This document shows, piece after piece, positions 49,301 through 60,838 of a DNA stretch of 64,000 nt. Position 1 is the first letter of the stretch. Each line of letters starts with the position of its first letter. A model generated the notes under the pieces. It saw only the letters and a program-made list of their open reading frames with translations. It was not told the DNA's origin and ran no database searches. Origin of the DNA: Selaginella moellendorffii (Eukaryota > Plantae > Lycopodiophyta). The translations under genes were made by a program, and so were the position numbers. The stretch is from the NCBI RefSeq assembly GCF_000143415.4, contig NW_003314360.1, positions 228,284-292,283 on the forward strand. Direction: 5' to 3'.

Positions 49301-51196
49301 CAACACTAACACCACTAACTTTTGTTCACAACATGGATAAGTTCATGCCATTTTTTTTTTTACCAAACTCAACACTAATCCAACACCAAGTTATTCAAAG
49401 AGCAATAGCAAAGTTCCAGAAAAAGAATTGAGCATTGTAACCCAAATCTTTTAATAGCAAGCCTAGACAAAATGGTTTAGCACTTTACTGCTATCTATCC
49501 CACAACTCACCATTTGTAGGACCATCATTTCCAATATGCACCAAGATAGGGACTTTTTATTGTATACCATGAACACAAGCAATGAGTCAACACCTCGTTG
49601 CAAATCATATCTCCAAGAAAAGAAAATGATTTACATATTTGATCCTTCGTCCTTGATGACTCTATTTTCGGTCTCATCTTTGATCAAACCTCAAGCTTGC
49701 TTCTGCATTGCCTTCAGTCCAATCTAAGAAAAGTTTATGAAAGAGCACAACAATGACTATTTGAACCAATAGACTAATCCCTACAATCTTAATTGATCCA
49801 TTCATAATCATGCCTAGGAAGGATTCACTAGTGCCGTGCTAAAAAGCTACGGACTAGCTTATTTGCCACTCATAGCAAACCCAGGGAAGGTTTACTTTCA
49901 CTTATGGTACATGGAACAACTCATGGAACTACTGATAAGCTACCATTAATCCCGCCAACTCCAAATGTAACTTCAAGTTGCTAATGTGCCTCACTCACGA
50001 GCCCAAGCGTAAACTTGTGCAAAATGATACACCTCAATATAATTGCAAAGCTTTTGCACCCAAACATGTACCCACTTAGATCATCGTTTTCATCTTTGTG
50101 TATACAACGAGACTAGTTGCCCAATCTCATTAGATAGTACTTGTCAAGACTCATCCTCTGATACCAAATGTAATGCATGTGGTTTTTACTTTTTATCCTA
50201 TGGTGATTTACCATCACGAAGCAGAACCTAAACCCTCCATGTGCCACGTGTTATATGCCACATGTCACATGCCATGTGTCCATAGGACAGTGGTGTGGAA
50301 CCCAAGATTCAGGGCCTTGGGCCACTAAACGAAGGAACGGTGCCAAACTCTCAAGCATGGAGCCAAGGAGTGATGGAACCGGACCATAGAGCAATTCCCA
50401 AGCACACAGCCCAAGGAGCAAAAGGATAGGAGCCTAGAGCAACTTAGAACAGTCCTAGAACAACCAGCATCCCATTGCTAGGAGCAATACGCAAAATGGA
50501 GCCAAATGGAGTTTAGCGCTATTTTGGCATACCGGTGGCCTAACGCAAAGACATGGGTACTCTACTAGCTAGCATGGAATGGAACTTGGGCTTAAACCCA
50601 AATTGGACGCAGAACAAAAATAAGCACGCAAGCAAAAGCTAGACTATACCTCAAGTTAGCTGATTATACCCAACTTACCCACTATCCCTACTATACATTT
50701 GGAAACTCCCACAGCCCCCCCTTGAGAAACACGCGCTTTGGGCTTTCACCCCAAGCCTCCCTTAGTACCAGGAATTAGTCCCTAAGACAAGCTCGAAATT
50801 TACTAAATATGGAATGTCCCTAAATTATGAATTTGGACACGGGACGAACACCATTATGTTCAGGACAGTCTCTACATTCTGTAGGTATGCCAAATGAGCA
50901 AATCTAGACACTTTCCATAAATAGCATTTGGGATTGAAATGAGACTAACACAAAGGGCATGATAGCGAGGGTGTTTGGCAAACACAGTAAGCTATTATCC
51001 AGCAATATTGAGGGACTAATCTCAATATGTGAAGGTTCTTGCTAAACTAATGCAAGACAAAGCAAAAGAGAACTAAGAGCCAGGCCAAGTATGCTCAACT
51101 AGAAACACATAGGAGTTCCTACCTTATGTCCATTTGGTTAAGTACAAGTGCTAAGCCTAGTAAATTAACATTTGAACAAGAGGGGCTGATAAAGGG

Positions 51197-51797
51197 TGTA
51201 AACTATTGAGTTTAGACTTCTTAGGAAGTCACCCAACCCAGTACTATTCAAACCTAAAGACACTTAACCCCAAATATCCTAAGACCTTTAACCGATTAGA
51301 AAAAAGGGTGCACTCTTATTCATGGGCCCTTTCCCTCTATATTTGAACCCCATGGATCGTCTCTCAAGTCGTTCTCTTTGGTTGCTTACAATCCACCACG
51401 CTTCCCTACAAGTTCACACCCTCGTGAACGGAAGCTGAGAGCCGCAACTCTCCCAAGAGCCACACTCTCTACCCCTCGGGTCAAGCCTAGTGGGAGCAAA
51501 CTGGACCAACCAAATGTCAATCAACATGTGGTGTGATTCCCCTAGCCAACCAACAAAGTCGGACGCGAGACCCCTCTGATACCAAATGTAAGCTCCAACC
51601 AACAAAGTCGGACTTGAGACCCCTCTGATACCAAATGTAAGCTCCTGAGTTTGAACTTCCCAGGAGGTCACCCAACCCAAATATCCTAAGACCCTTAACC
51701 GATTAGAAAAAGGGGTGCACTTTTATTCATGGGCCCTTTCCCTTTATATTTGAACCCCATGGATCGTCTCTCAAGTTATTCTCTTTGGTTGCTTACA
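51197..51797 (-). mobile_element. Cassandra-like TRIM with 5S rRNA-derived LTR segment
   Basis: LTRs 51197-51390 and 51636-51797; TSD AAGGG; tRNA-iMet PBS; non-coding ~245-bp interior; the minus strand carries TGGGTGACCTCCTGGGAAGT, matching plant 5S rRNA as I recall it. Confidence 0.88.
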
Positions 51798-52315
51798 AAG
51801 GGAACCAGCAATATCGACCTCTTGCCATCGTGGCAGTAAGGAAAGAGTGTCCGTAAGGATTGGTCGACAGGTAACTTTCAATACCCGAAGTCACATTCGC
51901 GACACTGGATCTATAACAGTAACAATGTTGGTAATTCTCATCATCATCTTCTTCTTTGCGTACTTGCCCTTGTAGCTAACAAGGACGTACTCTAGGACGT
52001 TTGTGTCGCAGACAACAATAACACTCTCACCATCAATGGCAAGGTGTGCAAGACTAGCAAAGGTTGTGGAGGACTTCAAATCAGATGCTTAAGAACTTGG
52101 CAACACTAGCAATGGGCTCGGCTTCATAGTCACTATTGCAAATGTTCCCAATTTATCTGGGCTCAACATTTTGGGCATCTCATTTATGCCTTGACTATGC
52201 TCTTGACCCACACATGCATCCCCATCACACTAAGCTTCTCTTCCTCATCTAGAGAACTCTTTATATGGGCTTTGTCACCATTGTGGTGGAATTGGCTCTT
52301 CAAGTAGACCAATTT

Positions 52316-54186
52316 GGGGGAGGATTTCCTTTTTATGGGTTTTTTTATCCCTAGTAGCCCGACAGATACATCACTGAATATATGTTTAATATTTGAATTT
52401 ATTTGGAATATGCAACGATAAATATATTGCATATTTTAGAATTTAGTAACATTAAAAGCATATTAATTAATAAATATTAAACTAATTCAAACTTTGATTG
52501 TCTTGTGCATTCTAGTGCTTTGGATAACATATTCCTCAATAAATATTAAATTAATCTTCTTCTTTACTAGGGCTTAGGTTTTCCTCTTCTTCATCAACAC
52601 ACATTCCATATTTGTCAACCCTACCATTTCTAAAGTGGTCCCCTTTTGCTTCACCATAGCCCCCCCAAATCTTTTTCGCATGGATGGGATTTGTTACTCT
52701 TGAGTTCTTCAATTTTAAAAGGTACTTCTTTATGTGCACCTCTGAAGCATCTATCTCTAAACCCTTTGTTTCCAAAAGCTTCATCCCCAAAATCTATATT
52801 TCCAAAGCCTTTGTCTTTTGATACCAAAATTTTGTCTCCTAAAAATAAGTAGTCTTCTACTAAGAATTTCAAGGCAAGGCCATCTCATTGTGCTATAGAC
52901 ACTTTTGATACTGAATGCATAGAGTGCAATTATCTTCCAACATATATTATTTTGAGCTTTGACTTTGAGGAAGAGCAAGGAAAAAACCATTCTAGGAAGA
53001 CAAGGGCAACTGAAGAGTTTGTCATATCGTACATTGATTACTATTATATAGAAGAAAATGAAGATGAAGAGATAGTGTCATTTGAAAAAGGGTTGTCTTA
53101 AACTTTTTCAGTGGCATAGAAAGCACCCTTCTCACAACTACCAACAATGTGTGGCATGACCTACACGATAAAATGAAACTTGAAAGCTATCCCACACTAT
53201 ATATAAGAAAATCCACTCTTGTATTACAATTTTTCTTCATCTTCTTTTGCATCTTTTTCATAATAATAGTCAACATAAGATGTAACAAACTCTTCAATAG
53301 CCTTTGTCTTCCAAGGACGGTGTTTTCTTAACTCTTCATTAGAATTAAAGCTCAAAATGATATATGTTGGAAGACAATTGCACTCTACACATTTAATAAT
53401 AAAAGTGTCTATAGCATAACGAGATGGCCTTACCTTGAAATTCTTAGTAGAAGACTACTTGTTTTTAGGAGATAAAAGTTTGGTATCAAAAGACAAAAGC
53501 CTTGGAGATAAATGTTTTGGGGATAAAGCCTTTGGAGACAAAGGCTTTAGAGATAGATGTTTTAAAGGTGCACATAGAGAAGGACCTTTTGAAATTGAAG
53601 AACTCAGAGGCAACAAATCCCATTCGTGTGGAGAAAGTTGGAGGGGGGCTATGGTGACCACTTTGGAAATGGTGGAGTTGACCAATTTGAAATATGAAGA
53701 AGACATCGGTAAAGAAGAAGCCATAACCAGAATAAAAAAACCCTAAACACTAAAAAAAGTGTTCTATAAAGCTATGAGTCATCTACAAATAATAAAGAAA
53801 TTACTATGTTATATTGGAAAATCAAATCAAATCAAATCCACCAATTGGAATTTGGTAATATTTAGAAAACCCAAGCAAAGCCATTCATAGCCTAAACCTA
53901 TATATGTAACATCCAAAGCATTAGGTGTCAATAGTGCATAAGATAGTCAAAGTTTGAATTAATTTAATATTTATTGAGTAATATACTATCCAAAGCACTG
54001 GCTATCAACATTGCACAAGAAGATCAAAATTTTAAATTAATTTAATATTTACTGAGAAATATGATTTAATATTACTAATTCTAAAATATTTAATATATTT
54101 ATCATTTTATATTCCAAATAAATTTGAATATTAAATATATATCTGGTGAAGGCACAAAAAAAACCTTAAAAGGGAAATCCTCTAAA
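52316..54186. repeat. Long imperfect inverted repeat (foldback or MULE-like element)
   Basis: Arms ~52316-53080 and ~53225-54186 are reverse complements; mirror ORFs MKFLVEDYLFLGDK at 52872(-) and 53435(+). Confidence 0.85.
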
Positions 54187-55365
54187 AGATGGAATTGAAC
54201 CTGTCTTACACTAGTAAGCAATGTCTAGTACCTGGAATTGCATATATCTCGTGACAATAAACTCAATTTAGTAGTGTCCAAAACAACTTTTGGGAGGCTT
54301 CTTGCTTGAAGTTGCATGTTGCAATAATTAATAACTTTTGCAATCTATAATATAATTTCAATTGCATCATTGGGTAATATTGTGGCAATTGTTCTAATCC
54401 AATCTTGTGTGTTTGTTTTTCCAATAGTCTGGTAGAAACTACAAAAAGAGTTATCATAACACAATGTGCCCACACATTGTGAAGCTATTATATATTTTGG
54501 AGACTTTGTTATTGTTGTTTTCTTGGCCCATTTTTAGCAGTGTCCATCCAAAGCATGCTCTATTCCCTCAAAAAAGGCACATGATAAATAATTAATGGAT
54601 CTCTTGGAGCAACTAAACTAATGGAAGAATTGGGGAGTGCTTAAGGATGATAATAACTTTTGTCTTTTGATCAAAAGGCAAGCTTGACTTGCCAAGATTT
54701 ATCAAATGAGGTAAAAAAAAAGTTTCTAAACATACCATCAAACCCCAAAAATGTTCATGAGTACTTGAAATACTTGGAATGGTAAACAAAATGTTCACAA
54801 GTACCTGAAGTACTTGGAGTGGTAAACATAGATAGAAATGATGCTTGGGATGTGGGATTCATGAATCTAACTTCCAAACAACTTGCTTTCATATAAGCTT
54901 TTATCCTTTTATAACCATTCAGTACCGAATTGTATTTTATATGTTTTTTTTTTTTTTCTAGTCTATTGCATTTTCATCCTCTTTGTTTTACTTCTTTATG
55001 TAGCATTCAGTCCCAATTGACGTATTGCATGGCTTTTTAATGTTTATTTGCTTTCTTATATGTGTTTTTTTTTCCTTGTGAATGCAGTTTTTTTAAAGGG
55101 TAGGGAGAGAAACCATTCGTCACTTCCAGATCAATGTCAACAAGGAGCCCATGGTGGCAGTGTCCGGGTTTAACTCGCAGAACATCGGAGTCCTAGGTTG
55201 CCAAGGCCGTGTTTGGCTCGAATCAGCCCATCTCAGACACTGTCATCGAGAGGACATTCCAATGCTCTCGTGAAAAGGCTCCAGGAGCTCGTGAGCATGA
55301 CGTAGAGAACAATGGATTTTATCTTTTGATTAATAACTTCAAAGGTAGTGTTTGCATCATTCTCA

Positions 55366-57327
55366 CTAGTTTCTCTCTTGCTCCAAGACGCTGGCGAGTA
55401 GGAGGTTTGGGGCCGCCACCCTCGAACCCAGTCCCATCACTTCACTCGCGCCAAAGGCAGCATTCTTGAGATCACGTGCTTCTCGACAAGCGCCCAGAAA
55501 GCTCGTCCAATTGGCATAATCTGCTGTCCAAGGCATGGCGGCGATCAAGTCCCGGGCTTCTTCCAGGTATCCGGACCTGCCCAGAAGATCAATGAGACAG
55601 CCATAGTGCTTCCTTGTCGCTGCCAGGCCATGATCAAAGGCCATGGATGTGAAGTAGCTCCGGCCATCATAAACTTTTCCCTGGTGGCTACACGCAAGCA
55701 GCATCGCCACGAAGCACGTCTCATTCGGGGGCTCCATTGTCTTCATCCTGTGAAACATCTCGATCGCAAAGGGGGAATTCCCACACTGGACGGATCCCAC
55801 TAGCAAGCACGTCCATGCGATGGAATCCCTCACGGGCATTCGATCAAAGAGATCCACAGCGCTGTAAATCTGCCCATTTTGCGCGAATGCAATCAACATT
55901 GCCGTCCAGGACACCAGTGACCTGTGAGGAATCGCATCAAACACTCCCTTGCATTGCTCAAGATGCCCATTTTGGGCATATGCCGCGAGCATCGACGTCC
56001 ACGTAAACGCATTTGATTGAGGCATTTGGTCGAGCATCTTCTCTGATTCTTCTAGATGCCCGTTCTGGGCATATGCCGATAGCATTGCGTTCCAGGCCAC
56101 GAGATTCCACTGGGGCATGGAATCAAAGACGTAGCGTGCTTCTTCAAGATTCCCATTTGCGGCATATACCGTTACCATTGACGTCCACGTAATAAGATTC
56201 CTCTCCTCCATTCTCTCGAAGAGTTTTTGTGCTTGTACGACTTGCCCGGTCTGGGCATACCCCGCCAGCATGGCATTACACATGGCAAGATCTGGCTCGT
56301 CAATCAAATCAAACATCTCCACCGCCTTGCCGACGTGGCCATTCTGGGCATACGCAGCCAGCAACGACGTCCAAGAGAAGAGGTCAACGCGTGGCAAAGA
56401 GTCAAACAGCTTGACCGCATCTGTGAGATTCCCTTGCTGTCCGAGCGTCGCCACAAGGGAGCTCACACACCCAATGCCGTACACTGGCATCTTGTGGAGT
56501 ATGGCCAATGCTCTATCCGTATGACCATGCTGGGCATATGCCACGAGCATCGTGCCCATGGACACCACGTTTTGCTGGGGCATCTCGTCGTAAAGTCTCT
56601 TGGTTGTCTCTAGATCGTCGTGCTGGGCAGATGCCGAGAGGACAACGTTCCACGACACGAGATTTCTCTCTGGCATCGCGTGGAAGATCTCGCGAACTCG
56701 ATCGAGCTCAAGACTGTGCACATACGCTGTGACCAAAGTGTTCCAAGAGACAATCGTTCGTTCCGGCATTTGATCGAAGAACTCTTTGGCTTTTGGATGA
56801 TCGCCGAGCTGGGCAAATGCGGCAAGCATAGAGTTCCAGCAACCGACATCTCTCTCTGGCATCTCGTTAAACAATCTGGAAGATTCGCTAAGATCGGAGT
56901 TGTGGGAATATGCAGCTAGCATGGCACTCCACGCGAGAAGGTCGTGGAATGGCATCTCGTCAAAGGTTTGCTTTGCGTGATCGACATGCCCTCTTTGGGC
57001 ATATCCTGCAAGCAGCGAAGTCCACGATATCAAGTCCCTGCCGGGCATCTCATCAAAGAGTTTCTTGACTTCGTCCACGTCGCCGCACTGGCTGTATACC
57101 GCCAGCAGTGTGTTCCACGAAACGAGGCTCCGCTGCGGCATGCCGTCGAAGAGCTGTTTAGCGTCGCCCAAGAGCCCATTACGGGCATATGCCGAGAGCA
57201 TCGCATTCCAAGAGATAAGATCGCGCTGTGGAATCCTGGCAAAGAGCAGGCGAGCTTCGTCGATTTGGCCATTGCGAGCGAGCGCACAGAGCTTGGAAGT
57301 CCAGGCAACTGTATCGGCATGCGTCAT
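55366..57327 (-). CDS. PLS-class PPR protein (mostly 31-aa short repeats) with E domain and no DYW
   Basis: About 16 repeats of ..FD.MP.R.LVSW..ML.AYAQ.G; FVAMLLACSHQG, HYGCLIDLLGRSG and WTSFLGACR; intronless, 653 aa. Confidence 0.93.
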   Translation of the reverse strand: MTHADTVAWTSKLCALARNGQIDEARLLFARIPQRDLISWNAMLSAYARNGLLGDAKQLFDGMPQRSLVSWNTLLAVYSQCGDVDEVKKLFDEMPGRDLISWTSLLAGYAQRGHVDHAKQTFDEMPFHDLLAWSAMLAAYSHNSDLSESSRLFNEMPERDVGCWNSMLAAFAQLGDHPKAKEFFDQMPERTIVSWNTLVTAYVHSLELDRVREIFHAMPERNLVSWNVVLSASAQHDDLETTKRLYDEMPQQNVVSMGTMLVAYAQHGHTDRALAILHKMPVYGIGCVSSLVATLGQQGNLTDAVKLFDSLPRVDLFSWTSLLAAYAQNGHVGKAVEMFDLIDEPDLAMCNAMLAGYAQTGQVVQAQKLFERMEERNLITWTSMVTVYAANGNLEEARYVFDSMPQWNLVAWNAMLSAYAQNGHLEESEKMLDQMPQSNAFTWTSMLAAYAQNGHLEQCKGVFDAIPHRSLVSWTAMLIAFAQNGQIYSAVDLFDRMPVRDSIAWTCLLVGSVQCGNSPFAIEMFHRMKTMEPPNETCFVAMLLACSHQGKVYDGRSYFTSMAFDHGLAATRKHYGCLIDLLGRSGYLEEARDLIAAMPWTADYANWTSFLGACREARDLKNAAFGASEVMGLGSRVAAPNLLLASVLEQERN

Positions 57328-57453
57328 GAACCAAAAGAAGGATCACATCCAGCGCTGCCCAATACGAGCACTGGAACTTGTGTGCGAGCTCTGGAAATGC
57401 CAAGGTGATAGAAGTCATCAACCATAGATTGCGAGGAATTAAAAGGAGATTTC

Positions 57454-58245
57454 TTACAAAGGTTCCTTTTCCCTTTCCTTGTTCCACCTCTCGATTTTGG
57501 CCAGCCTTTCACGATCGCTCTCTCGTCGCCAGGGCGGGCTTCTCCTCGCATGGCGCTCCCCATCACGTCTGTAATCCCGCTCCCCATCCTCCTCCCTCGG
57601 GCGACGTTTGTGATCCCGCTCCCCATCCTCCTCCCTTGGCCGACGTCTGTGATCCCGCCTTGGTGGCGATGACGATCGATCGCCCATCAGCTCCCTCATC
57701 AGAGCTCTGCTAGGATGATAAAGGTGCAAGAAGTTGCAGCATCCGCCTCGGCTGCACCCTCCTTGCTCTTCCTGCCGGCAAGACGCCTCGCGAAAATCCG
57801 TCACGGGGGAGAACTCGGCCGCGATCGGGCGCCCGGAGTAGAACCTCCCATTCAGCGCTGCCATAGCTGCGACTGCATGCTCCTCGTGCCGAAACTGGAC
57901 GTAAACATTCCCGGCCAGATGGTTGCCGAAGTTATTGCAGATCTTGAGCGCCTCCACCTTGCCGTGCTTGCTCACCTCCTTAAACACGTCCTCGTAGAAC
58001 GCATCCAAGTCCTTCTGGAGCTCTTCCTTGGAGATGGCAGTGTTTCTGTATGCCTGACCGGGGGTGATCTCCGGGCTTTGATACATGTTGTTGAGCAGCA
58101 AAGTGCAGCTCTGCTTAGGTTTTACGTGCGCTCTCGAGCATCGGTCCCCGTGTCGACAGGCGCCCATCTTGAGGTAGAAAGGGCAGTTCACTCGGTCTTG
58201 TTCCGTGCCAAAGATGTCAGCGAGGTGCTGCGCGCCACCTCCCAT
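57454..58245 (-). CDS. U2AF35: Splicing factor U2AF small subunit (U2AF35)
   Basis: [58 protein letters not shown], second CCCH finger and R/D/E tail; ATG at 58245 fits the conserved N-terminus. Confidence 0.93.
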   Translation of the reverse strand: MGGGAQHLADIFGTEQDRVNCPFYLKMGACRHGDRCSRAHVKPKQSCTLLLNNMYQSPEITPGQAYRNTAISKEELQKDLDAFYEDVFKEVSKHGKVEALKICNNFGNHLAGNVYVQFRHEEHAVAAMAALNGRFYSGRPIAAEFSPVTDFREASCRQEEQGGCSRGGCCNFLHLYHPSRALMRELMGDRSSSPPRRDHRRRPREEDGERDHKRRPREEDGERDYRRDGERHARRSPPWRRESDRERLAKIERWNKEREKEPL

Positions 58246-58420
58246 AACGTTCCTCAAGAACCCTAGCCGAGACCTCTCGTATATATACACGGGTTGTCAA
58301 AAGGGTTGTCACAAAGGTGGCCAAATGCCGTTACTGGGCATTCTTATGCTTGCTTGCCCTAATTCTCGACCCAAATCTCCCGCCAGGTTTTAGGGTTCTT
58401 ATGCTAGGTTTTGGGGGTCA
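58246..58420. promoter_or_regulatory. Compact divergent promoter region with telo-box-like motifs
   Basis: 175 bp between head-to-head ATGs; AACCCTAG at ~58259, TATATA at ~58280 and TTTAGGGTT at ~58389. Confidence 0.5.
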
Positions 58421-58738
58421 ATGGGGCACGAGATCCATCCCGCGAGCTCGCCGGCTCACAGGAGATTGCAGAGTCCATCGTCGCCCTTCTCGGCGCCGCG
58501 GAGGGCCGGATTCTCGACGCGCGAGGAGCCGGATCTAAGCTGGAGGGCGCTCGTCTATCGGCACCAGTTTCTACTGCTAATGCTGGGAGTACTCTTGTTT
58601 CTGTGCACTGTCTACTTGTATTTCGCTATAACGCTGGGGACGGGTAATTCGTGCGCGGGGCTCACAGGAGTCCAGAAGGAGATTTGCAGCCTCTCCTCCA
58701 AGGACAAGACGAGGCGCGTGGGCGCGAGAGCACTCCTG
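58421..58738 (+). CDS. Small conserved plant single-pass membrane protein (first/main coding exon)
   Basis: RHQFLLLMLGVLLFLCTVYLYFAITLG..SCAGLTG.QK..C resembles a conserved ~90-110 aa plant family; GTGAG donor at 58739. Confidence 0.7.
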
Positions 58739-60838
58739 GTGAGTGATCGCAGCATTGCTTATTGTCTTGCTGGGATTTTTACTCGAGAATGTGTGTTCCT
58801 TCTAGACAGATTTAAATGCTGGGGAGCTCTGGAGAAAAGAATTAAATCTTGGTCTGTGCAGTGACGTTGGAGGAGCTGATGGTTTCTCGTGCAAGGTAAG
58901 CAAAGAGATGGATGGCATGGAAGCGTGCATTTTAGATCTGACTGGTTGCTTATATTTCTTTAGAAACTTAAAACAGGAACACAAGCTTCCTTGGAAGCAA
59001 ATAGTGGCCTGTTCGATCTGGTTTTCCTTGAGCTTCATAGCTCTCGAAACGGTACGTACGCGTCTTTAACTTGAAAACCTTTGATTTTACTTCTTTTTTC
59101 CACAGATCACAAGTGTGCTGTGGGGATCTCAAAACTGGTCAGAAAAGGTGGAGTTTTAGTGGCATCTATCGACATCTCGGAGTCCATGCAAAAACTTAAC
59201 TAGTCTTTTGTCGGAAGGTTGTCTTCGTGTGTCTCATTTTATGTGCTCTTCTGATAGTTTTTGCTTTTCCTTTTGCAGAAACCGTGACCAGGGCCAGGTC
59301 TGGCGGGCTCCTCAATAACACGCGGATTTGTCTTTTGGTAGGTAACTATGCTGTATTTTTTTATCGCAGGCTTAATCACCTAATATCGAAATGAAAAGTA
59401 TCGTGGATCAAACTTTCCAAGTCTACCAAGAGTACTGATCAGGTTTTATTATGTCTGCAAAGAGGCAGGAAACTGTGATGATCGAGACGATTGCTTCCCT
59501 TCAAAGACCTGTAAGACTTGAGTTTCTTTTGGAAGTTCTTAACTCTTTCTTTTGCCTGTGTTTCCTCTCAGGAACGCGCTTGCACTGTCAAAGTGAACTT
59601 GCTGCAAACATCATTTCGAAGATGCTGACTTTGATTGATCCCGTTATGGCGATTCCAGAACAGCAAACCAAAGGTAATCATCTGGGGTTCTTTCGATTAA
59701 TTTGAGCAGGGCGTCAGACCGTTTTGCAGGATAGTGAGCTTTTAAAATGGATGTCGCCATTTGCTTGTAGGTGGGCGATGTCCGGATCGAAGGACGTATC
59801 CATTCGACACATTCAAAGTTTCAATAGGGAGGTATCAACCAGCGCTGCTTGATAGTCTACTGATATCTATACTGATAATCTACTTGATTCCAGAGATGAG
59901 ATTTTCAACCCTGGGGTGTGGCGTGCTCAGAAGATTCTCCACATTTCGTTTGGGTTGTGGGAAGAACGCGCCTTTGAGCTTAATTTTTGCGTACTAAGCT
60001 TGCAGGGACCAAACCATCATCATCCTTTCTAGAGATTGACGACGACCAGCAAAAATTAAACCAAGCTAGCAAGCAAATCTATGGACGGATGCGATGGGCC
60101 GGAAAGCAACACTGCCATCGCAATCCCACCGTACGATTTGGACGACGCGGGCCTCGTGACTGCCGACAGTGGGGTGCTGGTGGTCGATTCCCGTCCCGAG
60201 AAAGGCATCGTTTTGGCATATACCTCGTGGGGACCAAAGCGTATCAGATATTTTGCGTGCTTTTCCAAGCCATGGACTTGGCTGCGCGTACGAACGGACA
60301 GCCCAGTACGGTCGGGCCGGCATTATTTTACTGTGGTAAATGTCAAAATCGAGGAGTGAAGGAGCTGTCAGGAAATTGTTTTTCACCGCCTCTCTTCTGT
60401 GGGTTTAAACGGGAGACTAGGTCTTTCTCGGGGTTTAGCTAGGCATTTTCTCTCGTTTGATCGGACCGATCGATCGAGCGATCTCTTTCGGTTAGGCCGG
60501 ATGCCGCCAGGAATCGGAGCGTATCATCGGGTACTAGTGATGCGTTTGACAGCAGCAGCGGTAGTGCGGCGGCATCCATCGCGAGATTTCGGCTACATTC
60601 GAGCGTTTCTTCACAAGATTTCCTGAGGCAAGTGTGTGAGAGCGAGTTCTTTCCCGTGGAGGGAGAATCCATCCCTGCATTCACAGAAATCGAGGCAGAG
60701 GGCGAGTATCTCGCAAGAATGCTAGCGAGCGAGAAAATGCTGCTACTGGGAAGAATGATCAGATAGGGCGGACAGGCATGATCATCGTCTTTCTCGTAGA
60801 AGGAAGAGAGGCAGTGTAGTCTAAGCTCCGAGGAAGGC

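Larger units (their letters stand above)
36864..51904 (-). mobile_element. Decayed LTR retrotransposon (~1.1-kb LTRs) hosting nested insertions
   Basis: 3' LTR 36864-37967; 5' LTR 50169-51904 (interrupted); perfect TSD CTGGA; tRNA-iMet PBS (CTCTGATACCA on +) just before 50169; PPT complement CTCTCCCCCCCTA at 37968. Confidence 0.92.

Noticed and set aside
51215-51268. 5S rRNA gene
   Set aside because: Only the internal promoter portion is present, diverged and embedded in TRIM LTRs.
52551-53746. Paired ORFs MKFLVEDYLFLGDK as a duplicated gene
   Set aside because: They are mirror products of the inverted repeat, with non-ATG starts and different frameshifts.
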